Origin: Octopus vulgaris
Lineage: Eukaryota
NCBI GenBank assembly: GCA_951406725.2
Contig: OX597828.1
Coordinates: 44,020,001-44,084,000, forward strand
Direction of reading: 5' to 3'
Length of the DNA: 64,000 nt
The translations under genes were made by a program, and so were the position numbers. This document shows, in pieces, positions 1 to 15,195 of the stretch. The notes beneath the pieces are model-generated. The model was not told the DNA's origin. It made no database searches and saw nothing but the letters and a program-made list of their open reading frames with translations. Position 1 is the first letter of the stretch, and the number at the start of each line of letters is the position of its first letter.

Positions 1-48
<48 letters not shown>

Positions 49-88
49 CATTATTATTATCATTATTATTTATTATTATTATTATTAA

Positions 89-282
89 TGCGGTGGAGCT
101 GGCAGAATCGTTAGCATGCTGGGCCAAATGATTCGCGACATTTCCTCCGTCTTTACGTTCTGAATTCAAATTCCGCCCAGTTCGACTTTGGCTTTCATTC
201 TTTCGCGGTCGATAAATTAGATACCAGTTGCGTACTGGCCCACTCCCACAAAATTTCAGACCTTGTGCGTATAACAGAAACG
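89..282 (+). mobile_element. tRNA-derived SINE, family A (head ggcggcgagctggcagaatcgttagc; core gtcgactttgcctttcatcctttcggggtcgataaa), diverged copy
   Basis: A-box-like AGCTGGCAGAATCG and B-box-like (G/A)TTCAAATTCC. Aligns by eye to many other copies in the window and is flanked by (TAT)n. Confidence 0.8.
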
Positions 283-297
283 ATTATCATTATTATT

Positions 298-851
298 GAG
301 TGAGGAGGCAGTGCATGCCATCAAAATGACACTGGGGAAAAACATACGAAGCCCAGTATACCCATCTTGACCACTCGTCTGATAAGGGTAACCAGGCACA
401 TGCATCACAACCATATGTGCGCGACATGGTAATCTCATATCAAGATAAACGGCACATGACCGTGCAGGTGGGGCCCGATTAGAATTTTCTTCTGGTCGAG
501 TAACCCATCCTGCTCAAAAGGTCCCTGAATAAGGGTTGTTTAAGGATGTTGAACGAAGCACCCATGTTTCCAGGGGTGAATTATTCAAACTCCAAAAAAT
601 CCCTCTCAACACATGGCTATGATGTTCCCCCACTACTTCTGCTCGTGATCAGAGATGCACATATCGTCAGCCACCAAGGGACATGCTCAACTGGTTATGG
701 TCAAACAACTGACAAGCAAATCTGTGGTATTGAGCAGAATATTTGCTGTAGTCCATCTTTTATACCAAGACAAAACAATGTAAATGATAACGCTCCCAAT
801 CAGTTAAGATCAGAAGCCATGAGAGCTACTATCTGGTACTGCATCTGGGCA
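298..851. mobile_element. ~555 bp interspersed element in (TAA)n, copy 1
   Basis: Colinear with 11765-12320 over its whole length, with the same ends (gagtgag...gggca). TAT repeats on both sides. Confidence 0.8.
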
Positions 852-881
852 TTTAATCATTATTATTATTATTATTATTAC

Positions 882-1155
882 TTTTTTTTTCTTCTTTCAA
901 ATTTGCTTCCATTTCTTGCCGAGTGTCTTCCCGACTCCTAGGGCAAAGAAACTCATAGTATACATTGGTAGGCCATTAAACCAAACTCAATAGTTCGTTC
1001 ATTTTTTTTTTTTTTTTTAAGTTAAATTAAAATACATGAGCAGCAACAATTCTCACATCGACAATGCTCTTCTGAATACATGTGATGTACCAGTTAAGAC
1101 AATCTTTTGCACTTCTTGCAGGGATGGTAAGCCAGGGATCATTCTCATATAATTT
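882..1155 (-). mobile_element. 3' end of Dong/R4-like RLE non-LTR retrotransposon (family 1)
   Basis: Minus strand reads MRMIPGLPSLQEVQKIVLTGTSHVFRRALSM* (stop 1053-1055), the typical C-terminus after the restriction-like endonuclease. The 3' UTR runs into (TAA)n. Confidence 0.8.
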
Positions 1156-1325
1156 AGGTACCATGCTTTAAAAACAAAAATTACTTGGGTCAATTCATTC
1201 CACTGATAATCTTTAAGGCCGAGCCCCAGCATGGCCGCAGTCTAATGGGCGGAACAATTTTTTTTTTAATGTTATTCAAATTGTCCATATTCCTAACTTT
1301 ATATTTTCACGAGCAGCAGTAGCAA

Positions 1326-1369
<44 letters not shown>

Positions 1370-1647
1370 AACATGTTGTAGCCCCCGTACCCTTACCAGC
1401 ACCAGCAACTGCAACTCTGTTAAGTAGTATTAGTGCGTCAAATGATGACGGCAACAAATCCAGAATGCTTTGACAACAAACTCTGCAATTAGCCGTTGAA
1501 TAACTGTGTAATTTAAATTGGTAATCATACTGATTCAATGAGCTGGGTTCATTCTGTTAGGTTAATTCTCTATGAATATGCTGGCTGCCAATAGGATTGC
1601 TCCGACTTCGATTTAACAACATGGCGTTCATAATAATGCTTACGATA

Positions 1648-1676
1648 GTGATGACGACGATGACCACGACGACGAC

Positions 1677-1752
<76 letters not shown>
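1648..1752. repeat. (ATG/ACG)n microsatellite followed by (TA)n mosaic to ~2150
   Basis: Direct reading. Explains the poly-M, poly-H and YI ORFs. Confidence 0.95.
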
Positions 1753-1909
1753 CGGTGGAGTAGGTGGGAGAATCTGGCTGCTCACATTGCAGACTTTAAT
1801 AACGTTGCAATATCTACGTCAAGTTGTATATTTAGTGGGTATAAAATATAAATATAAATATATGCACAACATGTATATAGAAGTTGGTATATATACATAC
1901 GTGCATATA

Positions 1910-1954
<45 letters not shown>

Positions 1955-1955
1955 C

Positions 1956-2025
<70 letters not shown>

Positions 2026-3388
2026 TTATATGCATACAAATATACATATATATATATTTATGCACACACACACACATATATATATATGTATGTATGTATG
2101 AATGTATTAATTCACGCACACACGTAAATATATACACCGTCATAAGCATGTACACACATATCTTCATACATTATATTCCTTTAACATGGTTTTGGAATTA
2201 ACTTTCAATATTATTGATAATATTATTATACTCATTATTCTGCTCATTAGCGTGAGATTGTTATGATAAAGCAATGGACAACGCTCTTTTCTGTCTTCAG
2301 AGTTCAAATCTCGTCTGCCGTATCTACTCATTTCCTTCTTTTCGGCCACGATAAAAATATATTCCGTCATTTAATAAGTTGTTTTTGTTTTTTTTTTAAT
2401 AGACAATATTTTCCGCTCAAATATGTCGCTTTGTTCGTATATTATACCTTTTTTTATTAGTATAACTATTTTTATCATCAGCCTTATTGTTTCTCTATTT
2501 TTCTATCGGTATCATCACCATCTGTATCGTCGTTATTACCATTATTTTTATTTTTGATATTAATGCTGTTGCTTCGAAGCATTGTGGTTAAGATCAAAGT
2601 GTAGTCGTTGTTTGTTATCAGCGTATTTTTATAAGCTGCAGCCATTTTTTTTTTTTCAAATATTCCATTGTTTTAATTATTATTAAAGTACATAGTCCTT
2701 TATGTATAATAGCATATAATTACACAGCATGTGGTATGGAAACCGTTATGACCACGGAATTGTTAAATGTGTAAAAGAATTAAGAGAATAATGACTTTCG
2801 AAAAACAAAAGACAAAAGACAACAACCAGAACTTGTAAAGAACTTCAAATATTAATTCCACTATCCGATTTTTTTTTTATATTGGCTATTGTGGTTTTCT
2901 TTGTCTAAAAGAACGTTAATTAAGCTAGTTAGAATAATAATTATGCTAACGTAAAATGATGAATATCTTACAAGAATATTTGCAATATTCCAGAGAGGAC
3001 ATTTAGAAATTAGAAATTTATGTTCGTATTCTTTTACTTAATTGCATTATAGTTATGAGAAATTTTTTTTTTTCGATTTCTTTATTATATAAAATAAAAG
3101 ACGAAAGAAAGATATATGATTCCTATAGTTTCAAAGTGTAAAATAAGTTTAAGTTGAAAAAAAAGAAAGATTAAAATATGCGGGGTTTTTTTTCTGTAAT
3201 TTTATTGAGCTTTGATTACTGTGAGTAAATGGTGAATTAATTGGATTAAGGCGTATAAATGATGAAAACTTAATGAAGATAAATCAAATATATTTTTGTG
3301 AGAAAATGATTTCATCTTTTCTAACGATGCTTTTTTTTAGCGCTGTTTGTGGGTACATTTACATACTGAATAAACATTTAGAGAGAAA

Positions 3389-3430
<42 letters not shown>

Positions 3431-3782
3431 ACACACATGCATCGGGAGCGGATTGTATTTGTGTGTGTGCATGTTGTGTTTGAGAATGCATGTATGCATG
3501 TGTGCATGTATGTATGTATGTATGTATGTATGTATGTATGTATGTATGTATGTATGTATGTATGTATGTATCTATCCATTTATCTATCTATCTATCAATC
3601 GATAGCGCGAAACCACGACGATATTTTGGGTCATTGACTGATAGGGAAAATTCAGCTGCAAATATTCCGTATATCTTGTCTTTGTCTTTATTCCCCGTCC
3701 GTTAAGTTTTCATCTAGTTTCCCGTTTGCTCCTCATTCGTCTAACTTTTTCTCTTTATTGTGTTCTGTCTGTTCAACCCTTT

Positions 3783-3836
<54 letters not shown>

Positions 3837-4043
3837 ATAAAGTTGTGTATTTTCCCCTTGTTAACAATTAACAAGGAAAAAATTAGACAAATAGTTACCA
3901 GGGTAGCAAAAAATCACACAAGTAAAAAGAGGATATTACATTGTTTCACACCATTTTATTCCTTTGGAATAATACCAGTGATATCTTCAAAACATATGTC
4001 GGAAGTAAAAGAATTTGAATAACACCTGCGTTTAACTCCATTT

Positions 4044-4125
<82 letters not shown>

Positions 4126-4836
4126 ATTAGTGAGAAAGTATTGTTGGTGATTTCACGAGGTTGAATATACAAGGCAAGTAATAAGATAGAAAATCACATA
4201 CGATTCGTTTTACGAAACTGAAGAATGTATTCAAATTGTTATAGCAAAGGTATTATACTAATATTATCCGAAATCAGACTTTTTTCCTCTAATATCGTAT
4301 AATATTTTTCCATGACAATTTAAATATATTCGTTAGTCTCGTAAAAAAAATCTGTGTTTTTTCATCGTATTTGTTTCCTTGTATATATGTGTGTGTATTT
4401 ATATGTAAATGTAGATTTTGCTTAGGCATAGTGATATAAATAACCTTGTGTTAGAACTCAATATATGTATACTTCAACGTAAAACGTACGTCGAGTACAA
4501 TGCGCAATATGTAATTAAGCAAATGACAAGGGAATCAGTATGGTTTAATCAAATTCAATAGCTTAAAACCTCTTCTGGTATAATATGCAGAGCAATTACA
4601 TGAAATTTTATCACAATGCAACTTCGTCAGACGTTCAATAACTTAAAATGTCTCCATTTTTGAGGCTCCGAAGGTGCTATAAGCTAATGCACAATCACTC
4701 AGCTCTGACTGCAGTACATTTATAGAAGAAGTAGCTGCAAGCTAATGATGTTGATTACGTAGTACTAGTCTCCTTGGCAATTTTATAATTTCGTATATAT
4801 GTGTATATATTTCTGTGCGTGTATGTGTAGAAATTT

Positions 4837-4882
4837 CTTTTGTCCTCTCTCTTTCTTCATTTCTATCCGTTTTACTTGTATG

Positions 4883-4930
<48 letters not shown>

Positions 4931-4944
4931 ATTTTACTATGTGC

Positions 4945-4989
<45 letters not shown>

Positions 4990-5331
4990 CAAGTAAAACG
5001 GATAGAAATGAAGAAAGAGAGAGGACAAAAGGTTGGTATGGTATATCTCATATTATTATTATATTAAAAAGATACAGTTAGAAAAAGTAGGAAAACCTTA
5101 AAATTTCTATTTAAAATATTTGAAAGTTCTAATTTTTGAATGACTGCAAGACTGACCTAACTCTAGACGATTATTTAGTAGATTTTTATTATTTTGATAC
5201 TTTAAAATCTCGTAGGTCTCCATAGAACAGAGTTGACAGCCTACTCTATTATTTCTGTAAGGTTTTGCCCTCCTAACTATTTCCCATTTTAGGTTATATT
5301 CTATATTATTAGTTTTAAGTTCTGTATACAT
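4837..5331 (-). mobile_element. Penelope-like element 3' fragment (GIY-YIG endonuclease C-terminal region) with inverted end duplication
   Basis: ORF 5107-5331 LKWEIVRRAKPY..CQLCSMETYEILK..LLNNRLELGQSCSH resembles PLE C-termini. Perfect 47 bp inverted repeat 4837-4883 / 4985-5031 around a (TA)n spacer. Confidence 0.7.
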
Positions 5332-5976
5332 ATATATAAGGATAATATCGATATAAGTTTCGTCCTTATAATAGGTTGGTCTATAAGCACCCGAGCGTTC
5401 AAGTAGTGTTGTTTAACCGGCTAACGAGTTAATTTTACAAAATGCGTTGGCCATATCGAGATATGCAAAGAAGCGGAACAAAAACCGTATGACACACGGT
5501 TCGATGTTCTCATACTTCTCTCAAATTTCTACCTCGGATTCATACGTTTTTATTCACCCTGAAAATGAAGAAATTGAAAGCTGACATCGGTAAGGGTCAG
5601 ATCAAAACATGAAAACAATGTTTGATGTAGCTATCGCCGAGAGACACGGAGAGTACAACTAACAAAATTTCCTTAATCTTCATTGAGCTTTTTAGGTAGA
5701 TCAAGACGTGATGCAAGCTAAAATCGAAATTAACCAGGAAAATGCTGAGCAGTCTGTGTAACATCTAGCATTCAATGTTTTTTTCAATACACATTATAAT
5801 ATCTTGAAATAATTCAGAATTCAAATACATTCCATGAGGTGATACCAAAATTAGAGGATGGTCATGGATCGAACGTCCTTTCGCCATATATCTACTTGTG
5901 ACTTGACCACTTGAGGAAATCTGACTTGCGTTGAAGCAATACAACTAACAGTGTCAAATGAAAGAGATTTCATTCA

Positions 5977-6136
5977 TATTTACATTATTTACATTCGTTA
6001 CATTTGACGGATATTAGTCCTCATATTGTTTGTCGTTAACAACAAATAAGACGAAAACAAATATCCGTCAAATATAAATAATGTAAATAATGTAAATAAT
6101 GTACATACTTCCTCATCTCTTAAATATAGCACTGTA
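5977..6136 (+). mobile_element. Fold-back remnant of the 3' tail of the hammerhead-bearing SINE-like family (see 28720-29180)
   Basis: Imperfect palindrome centred on gttaac (6035-6040). Ends cctcatctcttaaatatagcactgta, as at 29154-29180. Confidence 0.7.
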
Positions 6137-6630
6137 TATTCCATTCTTGTTTATAAAAACGGCTGCCTTTTCTCTGTGTACCAGAATAAGAGAAGAGAAA
6201 TACCTACGTATATATTACTTGATATAGATTGGAGGAATCATTTGGGTGATATGAATTTACTGATAATAATTGTCATTAGCAATTAGCTGTGATAGTGATG
6301 GAGATATTCGTGATTTGAATATCAAATAAACTCCCAAACTGAGTCAACGATCTTAAAGTCTACACATTTGCTTCGGGCGAGACAAGTGAACAAGGTGAAG
6401 AAAAGCGTCGTAATGTAGTCAATATTAGTGACTATTTCAATGCCAGAAGGCATATTATAGCAATACGATAAAGACAATACCTAAACGTTATGCACATACA
6501 TACATACATATATAGACGTGAACTCCTATAACTGTTAGTGTCGATGATACGCACTAACACATAAACACACACAGACACACGCACTGGCAAATGTATATTA
6601 CGAACACACAGCCACACACTCATATCCAAT

Positions 6631-6707
<77 letters not shown>

Positions 6708-7185
6708 CATGTATATATATATATACATACACATATATTATATATATAAATACAAATATATATATATACATATACATACATATATATGCATATATATATA
6801 CACAAATACATACATATATATATGTGTGTGTGTGTTTATATATATATATATGTGTGTGTGTGTGTTTACATATGTATATATATGTATGAATATATTTATG
6901 TATGTATATAGGTATATATGAATGTATGTATGTATATATGTATGTATGTATATATGTTTGTATGTATGTATGTATACATGGGCGCCCGGTCGTGTGTCTT
7001 TGTGTCTGTGACTAATCGTTTTTATATTTCAATGAAGATATCAATATCAGACATTAGTTATTATGATGTATCGCCTTAAGCTTCCACTCGCTTTCACTGA
7101 ATCAAAACATAGTTTAACTACGTACTGACATACTATACATACATACATACATTTATAAATATACATCATATATACATATACATAT

Positions 7186-7225
<40 letters not shown>

Positions 7226-8256
7226 GCATTTATATGCAGTTATACACATGCATACGTGCATATATATATATATATACATATGTATATATGCGCTCATCTC
7301 TACATACTTCAATATGTACATACATACTACCATATATATATGTGTGTGTTTGTGTGTCTGTGTGAGTATGAGATAGAGTGTGTGTGTGTGTGCGTGTCTA
7401 TCTTTAAATATACATATTTAATATATGTATATATCTTTTTATATATACATACCTTTCGAGAAAGTGTAAAGCAATACGAGAAATCGAAGTGTCTACGAGT
7501 TTGGCAATTAGATTATGGTATGTAAATGTAGCTAGAATAGAGTAGCAACAAGAATTTGGTGAAAAATATTTCACAGGTAAATTCTTTGCAGTATCTGGCT
7601 ACGATTATAGAGGCTGTGCGTTTAATTCCCGCTGTTGACGTAATGTTAATTTCATTCTTCATGTTAGATAAAATAAAATCCCGAGGAAATATTGAGATGG
7701 ATTTAAGCGACTAATCTCCACCTCATCTCCATATCTGTTAACTAGTACCTGAAACTAGTAGTACCTGTTAAAAAGCTAGAAAAGGTTCTTCAGCTGTGGC
7801 TGAACACAGAACCATGTGGTTGAGAAGCAAACTTCTAACCACACAGCCACGCCTGTCTTTTCATATTTAGTTTCTCATTCAAGCAAGCCATGCAACAACA
7901 GTCTCCGCGTTCGTCAGGTAAAATGCACGGAGACACTTCAAGTTGAACGTGTTTTATTAGTCAGAAGAAATACGGTGATACGAAACGTGTAATATTGAAT
8001 TGCAAGTGAATGTTCTTCAATTTATTTCTTCCTAATATTTTTAAAAATTTTATATACTTCAAATTTTTTAATATATTTTGTATATTTTTATTAATTTCTT
8101 TTTGCTTTGGAGAGGGGGTGGGGGGAGTCCGGAGCACGTGTTCTAATGTATAGTAATTACTTCGTTAACTATCTGTAGAAAAGTTGTCTTAATTAAGAGG
8201 TGTTGAAAAGATGCATTGATTTCTATTTTGCATTAGTTTCAAAGTAGTTTTTAAAA

Positions 8257-8307
<51 letters not shown>

Positions 8308-8542
8308 GTATATAAAATATATGTAAATATATATATATATGTATGTATATATATGTATATATGTATATATATACATATACATATATATACATATATATGT
8401 GTGTTTGTATATATGTATATATATGAATGTATGATGTATGTGCGCATGTATGAAGGTATGTATGACTGTAAGTATGTCTGTGTCCGTGTGTGTGCACTCA
8501 CATACATTGGTGCGTGTGTATGTACATGTATTGACATAAACG

Positions 8543-8585
<43 letters not shown>

Positions 8586-8782
8586 GCATGCATGCATACG
8601 TACGTACACACATACATAGATACACACCTATAAATATATATATATATATACACACATACATATGTTCATACACACACACATATATATGTATATATATGGG
8701 CATATATATATAAGTATATATATATATATGTTTTCGTACATTTATATATACACCCACATACACATTTACATATATATACACA

Positions 8783-8840
<58 letters not shown>

Positions 8841-8884
8841 CGTATATGCATACGTATACAAACACACATGAAGACACACAGGCT

Positions 8885-8917
<33 letters not shown>

Positions 8918-8951
8918 TTATATATATATATGTATATATATATATGATATA

Positions 8952-9013
<62 letters not shown>

Positions 9014-9368
9014 ACCCATTCACACACACACACACACACACACAGATACAGGTACACTCATGTAATATACACACACATATAAAGCAGTTTATCCAATAAA
9101 TTTCCAATCTTCCTTGTTTCGTTGTGTGGTGGAAAGAGAGAAGCATTTATAGCTGTTACGTTCTTCTAATTAGCGTAAGCCGTAGAAAAAGAGGAAAAAA
9201 ATGGGGGAAGAACATACGATGGTACGATGTTTCTTAACGTACATGACACCCCCGCCCCATCCTAAACCCCATATTTTCCTTCACTACACATATAATGGCA
9301 CCTCCTACTTGCGATAGTTGAGTCGTGATTGCTATCATGGCCATCATCATCATCATCATCAAAATCGT

Positions 9369-9579
9369 CAAGGTGGCGAGCTGGCAGAATGGTAAGCACG
9401 CCGGGCGAAAATGCTTAGCGGAATTTCGTCCTGCTATACGTTCTGAGTTCAAATTCAGTCGGGCTCTACTTTGCCTTTCATCCTTTCGCAGTCCATAAAT
9501 TAAGTACTGATCAAGGAATGGGGCCCGTGTGATACTCTCCCTCCCCACAAAAATCCAGGCCTTGTGCCTATAGTAGAAA

Positions 9580-9580
<1 letters not shown>
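9369..9580 (+). mobile_element. SINE family A
   Basis: aaggtggcgagctggcagaat...gttctgagttcaaatt...ggccttgtgcctatagtagaaa, followed by (TAT)n. Confidence 0.85.
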
Positions 9581-11193
<1,613 letters not shown>

Positions 11194-11740
11194 TTTTACG
11201 TTTGACTTTTGCTTTACATTTGTAGAAGTTGGCTCCAAGTCTCACTCAGAGACCTCAAGAGACAACCAATTGGAAGTTCATGTTGGTGTTGGGTTCGTAC
11301 ATAATATTGTTCTAGAGAATTTTTAAGAAAACATAAGAAAATTACGAGTTTGTTTTAAAACTTGAGATTACATAGAAAATATTTTGTATAGGATATGGGC
11401 AGTTCCCATGAGCACTATCTTTTGAATTCCTGCCATTTTGGGTTTTTCGTGGTATCTGAACTAGGTAGCAATCAGTCCCTTTTGCTATCATTCCCAAGGT
11501 ACCTATGACAACAGGTATTGTTTTAGTCTTCAGGTTCCACATTTTGCCAATTTCTATTTCAAGATCTTTATACCTGCTCAGTTTTTGGTAGGTCTTGACA
11601 GATACGTTTATATCGATTGGGATAGTCATATCAATGAGGAGGCATGAGTTTCGTCTGAAGTCTTTCAATATGATTTCTGGCCTATTTGCATCTATCTTTC
11701 TGTCAGTTTGAATGGTGAAGTTCCAGAGGAGTGAGATGCA
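11194..11740 (-). mobile_element. 5'-truncated Dong/R4-like RLE non-LTR retrotransposon (family 2), endonuclease domain plus 3' UTR
   Basis: Minus strand reads LLWNFTIQTDRKIDANRPEIILKDF..CLLIDMTIP..KLSRYKDLEIEIGKMWNLKTKTIPVVIGTLG, the PD..D..K..KY RLE signature with PD changed to PE. Frameshift near the end. (TAA)n on both sides. Confidence 0.9.
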
Positions 11741-11764
11741 ATTATTATTATCATTATCATTATT

Positions 11765-12320
11765 GAGTGAGAGAGCAGTTCATGCCATCAAAGTGACACT
11801 GGGGTAAAATATACGAAGCCCAATATACCCATCATGACTACCCGTCTGATAAGGGTACACTAGGCACATGCATCCCAACCATAGGTGCGCGACATGGTGA
11901 TCTCATATCAAGATAAACAGCACATGACCTTGCAGGTGGGGCCCAGTTAGAAATTTCTTCAGGTTGAGTAGCCCATCCCGCTCAAAAGGTCCCTGAATAA
12001 GGGTTGTTTAAGGATGTTGAAAAACCCACCCATGTTTCCAGAGGTGAATTATTCAAACAACAAAGAATCCCTCTCAACATATAGCTATGATGCTCCCCCA
12101 CTACTTCTGCTCGTGATCAGAGATGCACATATCGTCAGCCACTAAGGGACATGCTCAACTGGTTAAGGTCAAACAACTGACAAGAAAATCTGTGGTATTG
12201 AGCTGAATATTTGCTGTTAGCCCATCTTTTATACCAAGACAAAACAATGTACATGATAACACTTCCAATCAGTTAAGATCAGAAGCCATGAGAGCCACTG
12301 CCTGGTACTGCATCAGGGCA
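11765..12320. mobile_element. ~555 bp interspersed element in (TAA)n, copy 2
   Basis: Homologous to 298-851 with identical boundaries. TAT repeats on both sides. Confidence 0.8.
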
Positions 12321-12350
12321 ATTATTATTATTATTAATATTATTATTATA

Positions 12351-12428
<78 letters not shown>

Positions 12429-12433
12429 GTTGT

Positions 12434-12496
<63 letters not shown>

Positions 12497-12521
12497 TACT
12501 AACACTACTAACACTACTTAT

Positions 12522-12790
12522 TAAGGCTATCAAACTGGCAGAATCGATAGATTTTCGGACAAAATGCTTAGGTGAGGGGTTTTTTCCGGGTCTTTACGTT
12601 TCCGAGTTCAAATTCCGCCGAAATCACCTTTGCTGTTCATTGTTTCGGGACGGATAGAATAATCCTTTGTATTATAAGCACAGGGTCTGAAATTTTGGGG
12701 AATGAGTAAGTCGATCACATCGACCCCAGTATTTGACTGGTACTTAATTTATCGACCCCGAAAGGATGAAAGGAAAAGTCGACCTGGGCG
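12522..12790. mobile_element. Two partial family A SINEs in opposite orientation
   Basis: Plus-strand head and core at 12522-12660; minus-strand 3' part (cgaccccgaaaggatgaaagg) at 12665-12790. Confidence 0.7.
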
Positions 12791-12871
12791 TTCATACAAT
12801 TATGTGATATTTTGAGATTCGTATGTGCTGTGTGATCATTGCTAATCTTTAGTATAGATGATGCGTTGTGA

Positions 12872-13376
12872 AAGAGTGAGTGAGCGTGGGAGGGAGGGAG
12901 TGGACGAATGAATGAGTGAGTGAGTGCGTGATAAGTAATTGAATGAATGAGTGAGAGAAGGTGGGAAGGAGTGAGTGAATGAGAGGACGAATGAGTGAGT
13001 GAGTAAATGAATGAGTATGTGAATGAGTGAGGCAGTGCGTGATTGAGGGAGGGAGTGATTGAGTGCACGAATGAGTGAGTGAGTGAATGAGTGAGTAGAT
13101 GAATGAGTGAGTAGATGAATGAGTGAGGAAGGGAAGGATTGAATGGATGAATGAGTGAGTGAATGAGTGAGTGGATGAATGAATAGCTGAGGGAGTGGGT
13201 GGAGGAATGAATGAGTGAGGGTAGGAGGGAGAGAATGAGTGGACGAATGAGTGAGTGAGTGAATGAGTGAGTGGATGAATGAATGAATGAATGAGGAAGA
13301 GAGGGGAGTGAGTGAGAGTGTGAATGAGTGAATGAATGAGGGAGGGAGGGGAGGGGAATGAGTGAGAGAGTGAGTG
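12872..13376. repeat. (GAGT/GAAT)n mosaic tetranucleotide satellite
   Basis: Direct reading. Explains the HSLT/HSFI ORFs. Confidence 0.9.
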
Positions 13377-13449
13377 TTTAATGCAAATGTCGTAGGATCT
13401 TTGAGGCCCATCAGAATGTACTGTAAGAAACTCATCTAAATTTTGAATA

Positions 13450-13958
13450 CATGACCATGATAATGATGACGACGATGATGATGAGGATGAGGATGATGAT
13501 CATGGTGGTGGTGGTGGTGTTGATGAACGTGATGAACGTGATGACCGTTGTGGTGCTGGTTGTGATGATGATGGTAGAGGCGACAGTGGCAATGATGGTG
13601 GTGTTGATGATGGTGATGATGATGATGATGGTAGTGATGATGGAATAATGAGGACGACGATGGTGGCGATCATGATCATCATCATCATCATGGATATTAT
13701 GATGCTGGTGCTGTTGATCATGATGGTGATGATAATGAGAGGATGATGTTGTCGATGAGAATATCGTTCGATGATGTTGATGATGATGATGATGAAGACG
13801 ATGAGGAGGAGGAGGATGTAGACGACGACGACGACGGTGACGGCGATGATGATGATAATGATGATTATTATTATTATTATTATTATTATAGTAACAACGA
13901 TGATGACAACGACCATGTTGATGAAGACGATGATGATGCCGATGGTGATGACGATGGT
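13450..13958. repeat. Degenerate (GAT/GGT/GAC)n trinucleotide tract
   Basis: Direct reading. Confidence 0.9.
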
Positions 13959-14003
13959 GTTTTATTACATAAGTGGAAGGCCTAAAATTTTGTTGGGTGC
14001 ATA

Positions 14004-14972
14004 CCGTAAATCCTCGAGTATAATCCTCATTTTCCCCAAAAAATTTGAAGATCACAATCCCTAGGGCGTACTGTATACGAGGTTAAAAATGAAAATTATT
14101 TTCTAAGCAATGTCCGAGTCTCTATTTGCTGTCCGGCAATATATATTCAGGCGCATTTTGTGATGTCGGGCGCGAAAATACTTTAAGCTAACCCTAAAAG
14201 CAATGAAGTCATAAAAGAATCATCAATGATTTGCAGTAAGCAACATTTATTAAAATAAAAATATTCAGAACACAGAATAACATGTAACAAAAACACTTTG
14301 CAAACATATTTACATTCCCATATAACAGTTGAGAACATCACCCTTATTGTATTACGCATGCGCGGAAGTGTTTGTTCGACTAGGTACTGCTGGCTTAATT
14401 ACGCGCGATTTGCGCTTAATAGTTTAGCGCTAAATAGTTCATCCTTCTGTTTATATTAGCAGTTTGCATCAATACCGTGGCAAACAATAGATACTTAATT
14501 AAATACCAGTATTACATGTTTGTACTACTGTGGGACTTTACTAGGGTTTTTTTTTATAAGCGGGACTTAAACCTGTACATTAATCTCCAATAAAACATTT
14601 TATACACTACATGCCCATAAAATGCCTCGTAGATCTTATTCAGCTGTTTAAACTTGAACTTATATCATATGCTGAAGAGCATGATAATAGGGCTGCCGAA
14701 AGAAAATTTGATGTTGACGAAAGCAATGTCAGTTTATGCAGAAGAAATAAAGATGAAATTAAACAGATACTAAAGATAAAGAAAGCAAGAATGCAATAAC
14801 AAAGGACGTTACCGTACACATTTTTACAAACCAAGGACGTTATATAGACCTCCTTGACTCAAATTAGAGAAGGGGTGCGTATTATACACAAGGTTTAGGT
14901 TTTTCAGAGGTAGAGCCCCCTAAAAATCCCCTGCGTATTATACACAAGGGCGGACTATACTCAAGGATTTAT

Positions 14973-14974
<2 letters not shown>
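14004..14974 (+). mobile_element. Non-autonomous pogo-like DNA transposon with N-terminal DNA-binding remnant
   Basis: TIRs ccgtaaatcctcgagtataatcc / ggactatactcaaggatttatgg with TA on both sides. Subterminal gcgtattatacacaagg repeats. 14611-14799 encodes FKLELISYAEEHDNRAAERKFDVDESNV, like the Brinker-type HTH of POGK-related transposases. No catalytic domain. Confidence 0.85.
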
Positions 14975-15021
<47 letters not shown>

Positions 15022-15046
15022 AGGTTTGGAGATGATGTACAGGTAT

Positions 15047-15195
15047 TATATATTAGAAGAAATGAGGTAATCAGAAGATCGGATGGTTCATATTTACAGA
15101 TATTTATTTATATATGTAAAAAATGTAATATATAAATAAATATCTGTAAATATGAACCATCCGATCTTCTGATTACCTCATTTCTTCTAATATAT
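15047..15195. repeat. Perfect ~67 bp inverted repeat between (TA)n tracts, probable PLE terminal fold-back
   Basis: tattagaagaaatgaggtaatcagaagatcggatggttcatatttacagatatttattta and its exact reverse complement, separated by ~14 nt. Confidence 0.85.

Noticed and set aside
12285-12320. Hammerhead at the end of the 555 bp element (minus strand ctgatgca; also ctgacga near 12132)
   Set aside because: The core is incomplete and no properly placed stem II plus GAAA..UH follows.
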